Notes: a model not told the origin generated them from the sequence alone. A DNA stretch of 64,000 bases from an uncultured Oscillospiraceae bacterium (GCA_964512095.1 CAZEIH010000002.1:104263-168262); one strand, 5' to 3'. Positions 19,210-29,503 are shown, numbered from the stretch's first letter. Program-made: numbers and translations.

Positions 19210-20178
19210 CTAATTCACCTTGTCAATGTGATGACAGGCTACATAATGTCCATGTGATACTTCCTTGAATTCCGGCTCCTGCTGCGCACATAACTCTGTG
19301 GCATAGGGACATCTTGTCCTGAACCGGCAGCCTGACGGCGGGTTCAACGGGCTTGGTACATCACCCTCTAGTACTATCCTCTTCTTCTTGCGGCTTTCCT
19401 CAGGATCCGCAATAGGTATAGCTGATATAAGTGATTTGGTATACGGATGTAAATTGTGGAAAGTCAGCTCATAGCTGTCAGCCAACTCTACCAGCTTGCC
19501 TAGATACATAACCCCAATCCTGTTACTTATATGCTTAACTACATTAAGATCATGGGCTATGAGTAGATATGTCAGTCCCAGCTCCTGTTGTAGTTCCTCA
19601 AACATATTTACCACCTGCGCCTGAATTGATACATCCAATGCTGAAATCGGTTCATCACATACAATGAATTCCGGATCCACAGCAAGAGCCCTGGCTATTC
19701 CTATACGCTGGCGCTGTCCACCAGAAAACTCGTGAGGATAACGGTTTGCATGCTCACTATTGAGCCCTACCCTCTTCAGCATTGTATATATTTTTTCTTT
19801 ACGTTCTTTCTTACTTGACGTTAGCTTATGGATATCTATAGCCTCGCCTACTATATCCCCTACAGTCATCCTAGGATTGAGGCTGGCATAGGGGTCCTGG
19901 AACACGATCTGCATTTTACGCCTGTAAGGCATCATATCAGCCTTTGTTATATTACTACCATTGTAAAAAATTTGCCCTCCAGTAGGCTCATAAAGTCTAA
20001 GGAGCGTTCGGCCGGTGGTTGTCTTTCCGCATCCGCTCTCTCCCACAAGGCCAAGGGTTTCACCTTTATCTATATGAAAGCTTACATCATCAACTGCTTT
20101 AACATACATTGGATGAAAAACACTTCCACCTGCTCGAAAATATTGTTTTAGGTTTTTTACCTCTACCAGTGTGCTCAT
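19210..20178 (-). CDS. oppF: oligopeptide ABC transporter ATP-binding protein
   Basis: Walker A GESGCGKTT, signature FSGGQRQR and the C-terminal oligopeptide-type Cys motif. Confidence 0.9.
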   Translation of the reverse strand: MSTLVEVKNLKQYFRAGGSVFHPMYVKAVDDVSFHIDKGETLGLVGESGCGKTTTGRTLLRLYEPTGGQIFYNGSNITKADMMPYRRKMQIVFQDPYASLNPRMTVGDIVGEAIDIHKLTSSKKERKEKIYTMLKRVGLNSEHANRYPHEFSGGQRQRIGIARALAVDPEFIVCDEPISALDVSIQAQVVNMFEELQQELGLTYLLIAHDLNVVKHISNRIGVMYLGKLVELADSYELTFHNLHPYTKSLISAIPIADPEESRKKKRIVLEGDVPSPLNPPSGCRFRTRCPYATELCAQQEPEFKEVSHGHYVACHHIDKVN

Positions 20179-21185
20179 GCCTTATCCCTCCCTTCTTCAG
20201 CCTCTTTCTTCTGCAGGAGCCAACACGCACTATAATGGTCCTCCGAAATATTTGTGTATTCCGGCATAGCCTTAATGCATATCTTCATACAACTGCCACA
20301 GCGAGGTGCAAATGGACACCCGGAAGGCGGATTGAGCATATCCACTGGCGTTCCTTCTATTGGGACCAGCTTTTTGTGTTCCTTGTTGCTAAGCTTTGGT
20401 ATACTGCGAAGCAATCCCTTTGTATACTCATGCTTAGGATTGTAGAATATTTCATCAATGGTTCCATATTCAACGATTTTCCCCGCATACATGACAGCAA
20501 TCTTCTTACACATATTTGCTACTATGCCCAGATCATGAGTAATCATAATTATAGACATACCAATTTTGCTTTTAAGCTCCATCATTAGCTCCAGTATTTG
20601 TGCCTGAATGGTTACATCTAACGCCGTTGTTGGCTCATCAGCTATAAGTAGCTTTGGTTCACAAGCAAGAGCGATTGCTATCATCACTCTTTGACGCATA
20701 CCGCCTGAAAGCTCATGAGGATATTGCTTCAAGCGCTTTTCCGGTTCATTAATTCCCACCAGTGTCAAAAGTTCAATAGCTCGTGCATAGGCTTGCTTTT
20801 TATCCTTATCAGTATGAAGCAGAATAACCTCTTTTATCTGATTGCCTATAGTATATACAGGATTCAGGCTTGTCATGGGGTCCTGAAAAATTATGCTCAC
20901 TTCATTTCCCCTCATTTTGCGCATTTCGCTTTCGGTCATGTCATTAACCCTGCGCCCATTAAAATCTATAGTCCCTCCAACAATACGACCAGGGTAAGCA
21001 GTAAGCCCCATGAGTGAATAGGCTGTGACACTCTTGCCGCTTCCGCTCTCGCCCACAATGCCAAGGACATCGCCCTCCTTCATTTGTATCGATACATCAT
21101 TTAATGCCTTCACCTCTCCAACCGGTGTAAAGAATGAGAGGCGCAGATTCTTTATGTCAAGTAATGTTTTTTCCATATTATTCAC
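20175..21185 (-). CDS. oppD: oligopeptide ABC transporter ATP-binding protein
   Basis: Walker A GESGSGKS and signature LSGGMRQR. Overlaps oppF by 4 nt. Confidence 0.9.
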   Translation of the reverse strand: MNNMEKTLLDIKNLRLSFFTPVGEVKALNDVSIQMKEGDVLGIVGESGSGKSVTAYSLMGLTAYPGRIVGGTIDFNGRRVNDMTESEMRKMRGNEVSIIFQDPMTSLNPVYTIGNQIKEVILLHTDKDKKQAYARAIELLTLVGINEPEKRLKQYPHELSGGMRQRVMIAIALACEPKLLIADEPTTALDVTIQAQILELMMELKSKIGMSIIMITHDLGIVANMCKKIAVMYAGKIVEYGTIDEIFYNPKHEYTKGLLRSIPKLSNKEHKKLVPIEGTPVDMLNPPSGCPFAPRCGSCMKICIKAMPEYTNISEDHYSACWLLQKKEAEEGRDKA

Positions 21186-21186
21186 C

Positions 21187-22251
21187 TCAGTTCTTCAGTT
21201 TCGGATCAAACGCATCTCTCAATCCATCTCCAATGAGATTAAATGACAGTATTATCAAACTAATCATTATTGCAGGTGCCAGCAGCCTGTATGGATAAGA
21301 GGTGATGCCACCTATAGCCTGTGAAGCCATGGAACCGAGACTGGGCATGGGAGCTGCAACTCCTATTCCTATAAAGCTCAGGAAGCTCTCTGTAAAAATG
21401 GAGGCCGGTATCTGCAGGGTTGTTGTAACTATCAGCGTACCAAGACAGTTAGTAAGCAGGTGCTTCCTTATTATCCTGCCATGACTTGCACCCAGGGCCT
21501 TTGCAGCAGTTATGAACTCCTGCTCCTTGAGTGTAAGTATCTGACTTCTTACTATCCTTGCCATACCTACCCAGTACAGAAGGGAAAACACAATAAAAAT
21601 ACATATTAACCCTACACCAACAGTATTTATCCAACCAAATCCCGGTACAGTGTCTGCCAGAGTCTGTAGCGGGTATTTCAGCGTGACCATCAACAATATT
21701 ATGATGAGGATATCCGGTACTGTGTAAATTATGTCAACCAGTCTCATCATTATCATGTCTGTCTTACCGCCGAAGTATCCTGCAACTGATCCATAGATCG
21801 ATCCTATCAATAGCACCAACACACTGGCTACAATACCAACCAGCAACGATACTCTGCTCCCCATCATCAGACGTATCATTGTGTCACGTCCAAGAGAATC
21901 AGTTCCAAGCAAATGCGGAAAGACTTCCTCGCCCTGAGTCTTCAGTACCAGCTCCTGATCGGAGTACTGCATCGGTGCCAGATTCTCACTACCCCTTATC
22001 TGCTGTTCATATGAATAGGGGTAAAAGTTCGGTATTATAAAGGCAAATATCATTACTATAATAATTATTACAAGGCTTACCATAGCAATTTTATTTCTTT
22101 TAAACCGACGAAGGCCGTCCCGCCAGAAGCTGACACTCTTTCGCATAACCACCAGGCTCTGCTTTTCCTCATTATCAGCTGGTAAAAAGTCTGAAACATT
22201 GAGCTGTAAGCTCAATGGATTTTTCTTATCTATTTTCATCGCCATTCTCAT
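21187..22251 (-). CDS. oppC: oligopeptide ABC transporter permease
   Basis: 354 aa polytopic protein of the BPD_transp_1 type with an OppC-like N-terminal extension. Confidence 0.88.
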   Translation of the reverse strand: MRMAMKIDKKNPLSLQLNVSDFLPADNEEKQSLVVMRKSVSFWRDGLRRFKRNKIAMVSLVIIIIVMIFAFIIPNFYPYSYEQQIRGSENLAPMQYSDQELVLKTQGEEVFPHLLGTDSLGRDTMIRLMMGSRVSLLVGIVASVLVLLIGSIYGSVAGYFGGKTDMIMMRLVDIIYTVPDILIIILLMVTLKYPLQTLADTVPGFGWINTVGVGLICIFIVFSLLYWVGMARIVRSQILTLKEQEFITAAKALGASHGRIIRKHLLTNCLGTLIVTTTLQIPASIFTESFLSFIGIGVAAPMPSLGSMASQAIGGITSYPYRLLAPAIMISLIILSFNLIGDGLRDAFDPKLKN

Positions 22252-22260
22252 CCTCGCTCT

Positions 22261-23178
22261 CTATTTCAGTTTTATCCGTGGGTCTATCAGCTTGTATGCA
22301 ATGTCGACCATCAGATTCATAGTGATGATTAAAGCCGCAAGAAAGATAGTTGTACCCATTATCAATGTATAATCCCTATTTATAATCGAGCTGATAAAGT
22401 CACTGCCCAATCCTGGGATTGTGAATATTTTCTCAACAACAAAGCTTCCTGTCAGTGTATAAGCAAGTAGCGGTCCCAGGTATGTGACAACAGGGAGTAT
22501 AGCGTTTCGCAGCGCATGCTTAAAAAGCATCATAAACTGAGATAATCCCTTCGCCTTTGCTGTTCGCATATAATCCTGTCCCAGTATCTCCAGCATACTT
22601 GAACGCATCAGCCTTGTAATGTAGGATGCAGGATAGAATGCAAGTGCCGCTACTGGCATGATGTAATGTAACGGTGACGAAAGCCCGTATGTGGGCAGAA
22701 GATTAAGCTTTACACTGAGTATCATCATCAATACAGTGGATACAACAAAGCTTGGAACTGCAATACCACAAGTAGACATGACAATAATCACATTATCTAG
22801 CCATTTTCCCCTATTCAGGGCCGCTATACTGCCTAAAGGAATACCTATAAAGACAGCCAGCAAGATAGATATGCCTCCTACCCTGGCAGATACCTTGAAG
22901 CCATTGGAAATAATCTGGTTAACAGAACGTCCTCTTTGCTTCAGTGAAGGACCCATGTCACCATTAAGAAGCTTAACCATATAGTTTTTGTACTGAACTA
23001 TTTTAGGCTGATCAAGACCGTATTTTTCATTCAAAGCCTTCAATGTTGCTTCTGATGGCGTTTTTTCCGAAAGAAAAGGTCCGCCGGGAACCAGATTCAT
23101 CAGCGCAAAGGTTATAGTTGCAACCAACCACAGTGTAACCACTGCAAGTAGGACTCTTTTTATTACATAATTTCCCAT
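22261..23178 (-). CDS. oppB: oligopeptide ABC transporter permease
   Basis: 305 aa with the permease EAA-loop region (MRTAKAKGL). Confidence 0.88.
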   Translation of the reverse strand: MGNYVIKRVLLAVVTLWLVATITFALMNLVPGGPFLSEKTPSEATLKALNEKYGLDQPKIVQYKNYMVKLLNGDMGPSLKQRGRSVNQIISNGFKVSARVGGISILLAVFIGIPLGSIAALNRGKWLDNVIIVMSTCGIAVPSFVVSTVLMMILSVKLNLLPTYGLSSPLHYIMPVAALAFYPASYITRLMRSSMLEILGQDYMRTAKAKGLSQFMMLFKHALRNAILPVVTYLGPLLAYTLTGSFVVEKIFTIPGLGSDFISSIINRDYTLIMGTTIFLAALIITMNLMVDIAYKLIDPRIKLK

Positions 23179-23450
23179 TAGGACACCCCTCTATTATTTA
23201 AAATGCAAACATCTATCTGTCTTTTCCGATAGTTAACATAATACAATATTGTCCTTTGAAAATCAACAAAATCACATTCTCGATTCAATAGTATTATTTA
23301 CCACCATTCCGTCGTAAGCTAACCATTGTTTTTTAATTCCAAATAGATAAGCAAATCCATAGAACATGATTGTTCTCGAGAATAGCCTATTGTGTTGAAT
23401 CTAGCAATATCGCAACCATATACTATCAGCATTTATTTGATTAATGATAG

Positions 23451-23490
23451 GTTAGATAAGGTTAGATAAGGTTACATAAGTTTACATAAA
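23451..23490. repeat. tandem 10-bp repeat (GTTAGATAAG x4, degenerating)
   Basis: gttagataag gttagataag gttacataag tttacataaa, with a possible fifth degenerate unit at 23441-23450. Confidence 0.85.
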
Positions 23491-23500
23491 TGTGTTTTTT

Positions 23501-23590
23501 GCCTTCAGATGACGCTGATCTCTATAGGCCGTAGGTGAATGAAGACGAATTAATTCCCACCTGACTCCCTGAGCAAAGCGAATTGACTCA
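23501..23590 (+). repeat. dispersed intergenic repeat, copy C (left hairpin arm deleted)
   Basis: GCCTTCAGATGACGC..CTCTATAGGCCGTAGGTGAATGAAGACGAATTAATT-CCCACCTGACTCCCTGAGCAAAGCGAATTGACT. Confidence 0.85.
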
Positions 23591-23622
23591 CGTACAAAAT
23601 AACCCATGGTAGGTGAATAAGT

Positions 23623-23643
23623 TGCTGATTGCTGATTGCTGAT
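23623..23643. repeat. tandem 7-bp repeat (TGCTGAT x3)
   Basis: tgctgat tgctgat tgctgat, followed by the degenerate tgttgtcgtt. Confidence 0.85.
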
Positions 23644-23689
23644 TGTTGTCGTTATATACTAAATAAACCATTAAGAAATACATTGAATA

Positions 23690-23713
23690 GAGGGTATACA
23701 ATAGTATACCCTC
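23690..23713 (-). terminator. probable terminator hairpin after leuB
   Basis: GAGGGTATAC-AATA-GTATACCCTC (10-bp stem), 53 nt downstream of the leuB stop. The downstream tract is T-rich but not a clean U-run. Confidence 0.5.
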
Positions 23714-23765
23714 CTACTTAACAATGGCTATTCCATGTTTCACACAGGTTCTAAATCCAACAGGC

Positions 23766-24845
23766 TCACCCTTGGATCTCTTCAACAATAAGTCTTCCAA
23801 TTTCAGCAGTACCGGCAATAACTCCACCAACCGATGCTATGTCAGCTGTGCGGTATCCTTTGCCCAAAACCTGCTTTACAGCGTTCTCAATTGCATTTGC
23901 TCCTGCATACTGCTTAAATGAATAGCGTAGCATCATAGCTACTGACAAAATCGTCGCTATAGGATTTGCCTTATCTTGGCCTGCAATATCAGGTGCAGAC
24001 CCATGGATAGGCTCATAAAGCCCGAGCCTTCCGCTTCCAAGGCTTGCCGAAGGAAGCATACCGATTGATCCGGTTATCATCGACGCCTCATCTGACAGTA
24101 TGTCACCAAATAAATTAGACGTCACGATGACATCAAACTGTCGAGGGTTCCTGACAAGCTGCATTGCGGCATTGTCAACATACATATGATTCAGCGTTAT
24201 ATTCGGGTATTCCTGGGCCTTTTTGACGACTACCTCTCGCCATAGTCTTGAGCTCTCCAGCACATTTGCCTTATCAATGGAGGTGACCACCCCACTACGC
24301 TTAGAAGCCGCTTCAAAGGCAATAGATGCTATTCGCTCTACTTCTCCTACCGAGTATCTTTCAGTATCAAAGGCCGATTCATTTTCTGTGCCGACATCAG
24401 ACCTACCACGCTCTCCAAAGTAGATACCTCCGGTAAGCTCTCGGACAACCAATATATCGACCTTATCTCCAATAATCTCAGACTTTAGAGGAGAAGCTTC
24501 TCTTAATGTCTCATAAATCACCGCTGGTCTTAAATTTGCGTAAAGGCCAAGGCCCGCCCTGATTCCCAGGAGCCCTGCCTCTGGCGTCCTGCTGCGAGGC
24601 AAACCCTCCCATTTAGATCCACCAACTGCTCCTAACAGTACTGCATCGCTTTCTCTGCAGGCCTTCAGTGTCACATCCGGCAGCGGTACGCCATACTTAT
24701 CTATAGCACAGCCTCCCATCAATTCCTCTTGCAGTTCAAAACCCATGTCATACTTATCCCCGACTGCTTTGAGTACTGTCAATGCCTGGTCCACAATCTC
24801 GGGTCCAATACCATCGCCCTTTAAAACTGTTATTTTATAGTTCAC
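23766..24845 (-). CDS. leuB: 3-isopropylmalate dehydrogenase
   Basis: 359 aa with GTG start after GGAGG. Contains the [12 protein letters not shown] signature. Confidence 0.93.
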   Translation of the reverse strand: MNYKITVLKGDGIGPEIVDQALTVLKAVGDKYDMGFELQEELMGGCAIDKYGVPLPDVTLKACRESDAVLLGAVGGSKWEGLPRSRTPEAGLLGIRAGLGLYANLRPAVIYETLREASPLKSEIIGDKVDILVVRELTGGIYFGERGRSDVGTENESAFDTERYSVGEVERIASIAFEAASKRSGVVTSIDKANVLESSRLWREVVVKKAQEYPNITLNHMYVDNAAMQLVRNPRQFDVIVTSNLFGDILSDEASMITGSIGMLPSASLGSGRLGLYEPIHGSAPDIAGQDKANPIATILSVAMMLRYSFKQYAGANAIENAVKQVLGKGYRTADIASVGGVIAGTAEIGRLIVEEIQG

Positions 24846-24901
24846 AAAAATTCCTCCTCATAAAGCATCCCTGCATAGACAAATTTAGGCCCGCCTCTTC
24901 A

Positions 24902-25390
24902 CTACAGACCCTTTTTAATTTGACTAATAAGACCATCTGCCGCTATTATACTCTGCATAAATTCAGGGAACGGCTCTCCTTTGTAGGTCGCATTTTTAGT
25001 CAGGTTACTAATAATTCCCGTATCAAAATCTATTTCCAGATCATCGCCTTCTTGGATATCCTTTGCTGCTTCAACACTTTCGATTATAGGTAGTCCGATA
25101 TTTATAGCGTTTCTGTAAAAAATTCTAGCGAAGGTTTCAGCAATAATGCAGGAAATACCTGAAGCCTTAATAGCAATGGGAGCATGCTCTCTCGACGAGC
25201 CGCAGCCAAAATTTTTGCCGGCGGTCATTATATCTCCCTGTTTTACTCTTTTTACAAAGTCTGCATCCAAATCCTCCATACAGTGGGCCGCCAACTCCGA
25301 CGGTTCACTGGTGGTAAGATATCTTGCCGGTATGATAACATCCGTGTCCACATTATCTCCATATTTGATTACATTTCCCTTAACCTTCAT
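24902..25390 (-). CDS. leuD: 3-isopropylmalate dehydratase small subunit
   Basis: Start ATG at 25390 after AGGAGG. Contains [13 protein letters not shown]. Confidence 0.92.
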   Translation of the reverse strand: MKVKGNVIKYGDNVDTDVIIPARYLTTSEPSELAAHCMEDLDADFVKRVKQGDIMTAGKNFGCGSSREHAPIAIKASGISCIIAETFARIFYRNAINIGLPIIESVEAAKDIQEGDDLEIDFDTGIISNLTKNATYKGEPFPEFMQSIIAADGLISQIKKGL

Positions 25391-25442
25391 TAAATTACCT
25401 CCTGTCATTCATCCGTCCTGTTCTTCCGGTCACAAACCTACT

Positions 25443-26726
25443 TCAAAGCTCCTCCGGTGAAGCTATCCTACCGGCTACCGCTGATGCAGCTGCTATTGCC
25501 GGGCTTGCCAGATACACTTCGCTTTCCGGATGTCCCATTCTGCCCACAAAATTTCGATTTGTTGTAGAAACTGCTCTCTCGCCCTTTGCCAGTATCCCCA
25601 TATGCCCACCAAGGCACGGTCCACAGGTAGGTGTGCTCACCGCAGCACCAGCTTCAATAAATATATCAAAGAGACCTTCATTCATGGACTGCTTCCATAT
25701 CTTCTGGGTAGCGGGAATTATGATACATCGAATACCAGGATGCACCCTCCGGCCTTTTAATATCTGGGCAGCAACTCGCATATCCTCTATCCTACCGTTT
25801 GTACAGGAGCCTATCACCACCTGGTCAATTTTTACATCTCCTACTTTATCGATGGTTCTTGCCCTGTCCGGCAATGGAGGAAATGCTACCGTCGGCTTGA
25901 CTAAGCTTAGGTCTATAGTATATTCACTGCTGTAAACCGCATTGGCGTCGGCCTTGTAAGCTTTATAGGGCTTTGTGGAATGCTCTTTTACATATTCAAT
26001 GGTCTTTTGGTCCACATCAAATATTCCATTCTTTGCCCCGGCTTCAATAGCCATGTTCGCCATGGAGAACCTGTCGTCCATAGAGAGCTCGGCAACCCCG
26101 TCACCTGTGAACTCCATGGATTTGTACAGCGCTCCGTCTACCCCTATCATTCCTATGATATGCAAAATTACATCCTTGCCGCTTACCCATTTACCGGGTT
26201 TCCCTGTCAATATGAAACGTATTGCCTCAGGCACCTTGAACCAGCCCTCCCCGGTTGCCATACCAGCGGCCATATCAGTGCTGCCTACACCTGTTGAAAA
26301 TGCACCTAAAGCACCATATGTGCAGGTATGAGAATCCGCTCCGATTACCAGATCCCCTGACACTACTAGACCTTTTTCAGGTAGCAGTGCATGCTCTACA
26401 CCCATCTGTCCCACTTCAAAAAAGTTTTCAATTTCCATCTCCCTAGCAAATTCCCTGATGAACTTTACCTGTTCTGCTGATTTAATATCCTTGTTGGGAG
26501 TAAAGTGGTCGGGCACTATTGCAATTTTGCTTTTATCAAATACATGATCCAGTCCTATTCTTCTAAATTCCTTCACAGCTACAGGAGTTGTAATATCATT
26601 TCCCAGCACCATGTCAAGCTTTGCCTTAATCAGCTGGCCCGCCTCTACTGTGTCGAGTCCTGCATGATTGGCAAGAATTTTTTGCGTCATTGTCATGCCT
26701 TTATTTCCCCGATTATCCTTGCTCAT
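25443..26726 (-). CDS. leuC: 3-isopropylmalate dehydratase large subunit
   Basis: 427 aa aconitase-family protein with Fe-S ligands ([16 protein letters not shown]). GGGAGGG lies 6 nt before the ATG. Confidence 0.93.
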   Translation of the reverse strand: MSKDNRGNKGMTMTQKILANHAGLDTVEAGQLIKAKLDMVLGNDITTPVAVKEFRRIGLDHVFDKSKIAIVPDHFTPNKDIKSAEQVKFIREFAREMEIENFFEVGQMGVEHALLPEKGLVVSGDLVIGADSHTCTYGALGAFSTGVGSTDMAAGMATGEGWFKVPEAIRFILTGKPGKWVSGKDVILHIIGMIGVDGALYKSMEFTGDGVAELSMDDRFSMANMAIEAGAKNGIFDVDQKTIEYVKEHSTKPYKAYKADANAVYSSEYTIDLSLVKPTVAFPPLPDRARTIDKVGDVKIDQVVIGSCTNGRIEDMRVAAQILKGRRVHPGIRCIIIPATQKIWKQSMNEGLFDIFIEAGAAVSTPTCGPCLGGHMGILAKGERAVSTTNRNFVGRMGHPESEVYLASPAIAAASAVAGRIASPEEL

Positions 26727-26770
26727 ATATATCCCTCCCTTTCAGATTTTTCAACTTAGCCTACTAACTC

Positions 26771-26890
26771 AATCAATTCACTTCGCTCAGGGAGTCAGGT
26801 GGAGACTGAACTCCACCTGACCAAGGAAGTTAATTAATTCGTCTTCATTCATCGCCGACTTATAGAGGTCTATGTCTTCTGAAGACATAG
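26771..26890 (-). repeat. dispersed intergenic repeat, copy D (longest, opposite orientation)
   Basis: Contains all modules. The 21-nt palindrome CTATGTCTTCTGAAGACATAG is at 26870-26890 and the hairpin GTCAGGTGGAG-ACTGAA-CTCCACCTGAC is at 26794-26821. Confidence 0.9.
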
Positions 26891-27199
26891 ATAAATTCAT
26901 TACCCCCACCCCCCACCTAAGAGGAGGGGGACTATGACATAGTTCAGTCATTATGTCTAAAAAACTTAGTGGTGTGTAGCGATTCGATATAAATCATAAT
27001 AACGCACACTACAGCTTTATTCTTCCTGTAACTTACTATTATTGAATACTATAATGAATGTTTTTTGTCATTAGCACCCGAAATTGCATTATTCACTAAT
27101 GGTAAGGTATATGCGTCTATGATACAGCATAAAATACCCTCTGTCTGAATACATAAGCAGATAATGCAGCGTTATTAGCGCATTACAATAGTGTAAGTC

Positions 27200-28087
27200 T
27201 CATCTGGAATGCTGCTTTCTATATTGAAGAGGAGTAATTTTGGCATACTTTTTAAACATTTCATTGAAGCGCTGCTGATTGGAAAACCCTACATTAAGGG
27301 CAATATCACTAATCTTGGTACTAGTGCCAGCAAGAAGCTCCTTTGCTCTTTCAATACGTACCTTAAGCAGGTAGTTAATAGGACTCATGCCTGTTTCGTC
27401 CTTGAATGCCCTTGTAAAATAGCTGGGACTGAGAAACACAAATTTTGCTATATTCCCAAGAGATATATCTCGCTCAAAATTGGTCTGAATATAATTTACT
27501 GATATACCTATGAGCTCCTTAAGCTTAGGGCTCTTGGACTTAATGCTGTTTTCCCACTCCATCTTCAGAGCACGTGAAAGCAGTACGAATAACTCCAGTA
27601 TTAAGAGATAATTTAAGAATTCACTACCAAGCTCTGAGCTCTCCCGCTCCTTCAGTATCCTATTCATTAGCACAACAATCTCATTTCTGGGACTAACCTT
27701 CAATGTAATATATGGGCCTGTCTCCCTGCTGCTAACAAAATTCAAAAAATCCTCCATTGGTTTCTGCGAGAACTCGCCATCAATCCTATTCTCAAAAGTA
27801 AAGTTAAGTACAATGAATTCACAGCCATTCTCAGATTTGACAATGAACTTGTGGTATTGCATAGGCTTAATAATCACAATGTCGTTAGGTCCCAGCTCAA
27901 CATTCTGTCCTGATATTTCAAAAACGGCATAGCCCTTTTTCATGTATACCATCTCATAGTTCTCATGTCTGTTAGGTTCCATAGACCATGTTATATCCTG
28001 GATCCTTTCAAGTGTCTTTACGATAACAGGCAAGAAATCCGAGGAATTGAGCAATCCTTCCCACGCCTTAGGCAAAAGCTTATCCAT
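27200..28087 (-). CDS. AraC-family transcriptional regulator (cupin sensor plus HTH)
   Basis: 295 aa with a C-terminal double HTH (SLGNIAKFVFLSPSYFTRAFK...ISDIALNVGFSNQQRFNEMFKK). Confidence 0.88.
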   Translation of the reverse strand: MDKLLPKAWEGLLNSSDFLPVIVKTLERIQDITWSMEPNRHENYEMVYMKKGYAVFEISGQNVELGPNDIVIIKPMQYHKFIVKSENGCEFIVLNFTFENRIDGEFSQKPMEDFLNFVSSRETGPYITLKVSPRNEIVVLMNRILKERESSELGSEFLNYLLILELFVLLSRALKMEWENSIKSKSPKLKELIGISVNYIQTNFERDISLGNIAKFVFLSPSYFTRAFKDETGMSPINYLLKVRIERAKELLAGTSTKISDIALNVGFSNQQRFNEMFKKYAKITPLQYRKQHSR

Positions 28088-28316
28088 TTAGCCACCTCTA
28101 CTTTCATATATATAATTATATCTCAATCCCTAATACTGAATCAAGTGAAACGCAGGTGGCCGTTGGCTAATTTGATGTGAAATGTTAATTGGTAATAATC
28201 GCTGCAGGGCATCAGAGCAATAGAAACTCCGAAAATGGACAAAAATCCAGCTTAGCTGCAATTGGCGGCTATGCCGGATTTCCTCATGGACAGCAAGTCC
28301 CTATGGGAGAACAGCT

Positions 28317-28553
28317 TTAGACCTCCATTTCTTCTAAGTCAAACTCTGCAAGGAGCCTTTTTAGCTGTTCCACCTCACCCTTGTTCAGTGTTACTCCCTT
28401 GCCCATCTTTTCATGGTTCTCATCCCAGTCTCTGATATCAATCTTGGGTTTACGATCGTTCCAGCTAACAAGATTGACCTCCTTATTCCACCCCTTTGTT
28501 CCCTCTCCAATAACTCCTATTGACTTTTTAATTTCATATTTCAATTCAGCCAT
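28317..28553 (-). CDS. PC4/YdbC-like small ssDNA-binding-fold protein
   Basis: 78 aa from ATG 28553 (AGGAGG upstream): MAELKYEIKKSIGVI...VNLVSWNDRKPKIDIRDW. Family assignment is from memory. The ORF-track start at 28655 is an extension. Confidence 0.6.
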   Translation of the reverse strand: MAELKYEIKKSIGVIGEGTKGWNKEVNLVSWNDRKPKIDIRDWDENHEKMGKGVTLNKGEVEQLKRLLAEFDLEEMEV

Positions 28554-28696
28554 TCTCCATCCTCCTAACTTACTTAATAAATTTTGAATTGTCTTACATT
28601 CTTCTGTGGCTTTAACAAGGCCGGAGCTACGTACACTGACCATAAGCAAAATCAAGCATGGTACCAGATTACGGGGTCTCTTTCGGTTCTAACTCA

Positions 28697-29374
28697 TTAT
28701 TTTTCAGGTATACTTGTAAGCTCAAGTCTACCATTGCCCTTTGCATAGGCAAGGAACACAGCCTGCTCTTCAGTTACCTCAAACAGTATATATTGGGGCA
28801 GCTTACTTGTCTCATCACCATCTAACAATTTCCCGTCCTCGGCAACTAATCCAGCAATCCTAATACCCTTCAGCAGCTTGACTCCGTTAGACAGCGGCGG
28901 CACTCCAACCACTCCCCCAGCCTCCGGAGGAGTGTTATTCTCTTCACCATAGTTGGGAATATAAATCACATCAACATACTGATCCTTTGTCAGCTGCCAG
29001 GCATTTGCCTGATCACATTTTGGTTCCAGGCAAAACAGCCTGCTAGACCTATTCAGCACTTCAATCCCCTGGATAGGTTCATCCGCCAACCTGCCCTTAA
29101 GTAGCAGCTCGCCCCGGTGTATGAAATCTGCCGCTACCATATTAGCAGCTTCATCAATACTCCTAACTGCATCCTTATGTACTGCACTACTTCCTATTTC
29201 TTTTATTTCCAGCATTTCTCCGGTTATAACAGTATTCTCGTCAATATCTCTGGCTGCAAAAACTACACTCTCCCTGACCTCATAGCCTGACGCATTTGAA
29301 ATAATCATCATCTCTATTACAACAAGCAGGATGACTATCACAAGGGCGCCACCAACCCAACCATATTTTCTCAT
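28697..29374 (-). CDS. SAF-domain protein, CpaB/RcpC-like pilus assembly protein
   Basis: N-terminal TM segment, then a SAF-like region (VVFAARDIDENTVITGEMLEIKEI). Last gene of the Tad-like cluster. Start ATG at 29374 after TAGGTG. Confidence 0.65.
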   Translation of the reverse strand: MRKYGWVGGALVIVILLVVIEMMIISNASGYEVRESVVFAARDIDENTVITGEMLEIKEIGSSAVHKDAVRSIDEAANMVAADFIHRGELLLKGRLADEPIQGIEVLNRSSRLFCLEPKCDQANAWQLTKDQYVDVIYIPNYGEENNTPPEAGGVVGVPPLSNGVKLLKGIRIAGLVAEDGKLLDGDETSKLPQYILFEVTEEQAVFLAYAKGNGRLELTSIPEK

Positions 29375-29404
29375 ATAAAGCACCTACATATCAATATTTT
29401 TTAT

Positions 29405-29503
29405 CAATGTCTTCAGAAGACACTATCATCAAATGAATTAGATTCCTTGGTCAGGTGGAGTTTAGTCTCCACCTGACTCCCTGAACAAAGCAAACTGACT
29501 ACC
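29405..29503 (+). repeat. dispersed intergenic repeat, copy E (short variant, intact hairpin)
   Basis: TGTCTTCAGAAGACA, then GGTCAGGTGGAG-TTTAG-TCTCCACCTGAC (29449-29476), then TCCCTGAACAAAGCAAACTGACT. Confidence 0.88.

Noticed and set aside
23451-23490. Possible CRISPR-like array
   Set aside because: The units are only 10 bp, directly abutting with no spacers, and there are no cas genes. It is classified as a simple tandem repeat.
26891-27199. Possible T-box riboswitch for leuCDB
   Set aside because: No T-box core sequence or specifier/terminator architecture was found by eye. It is reported only as an absence that needs a covariance-model check.
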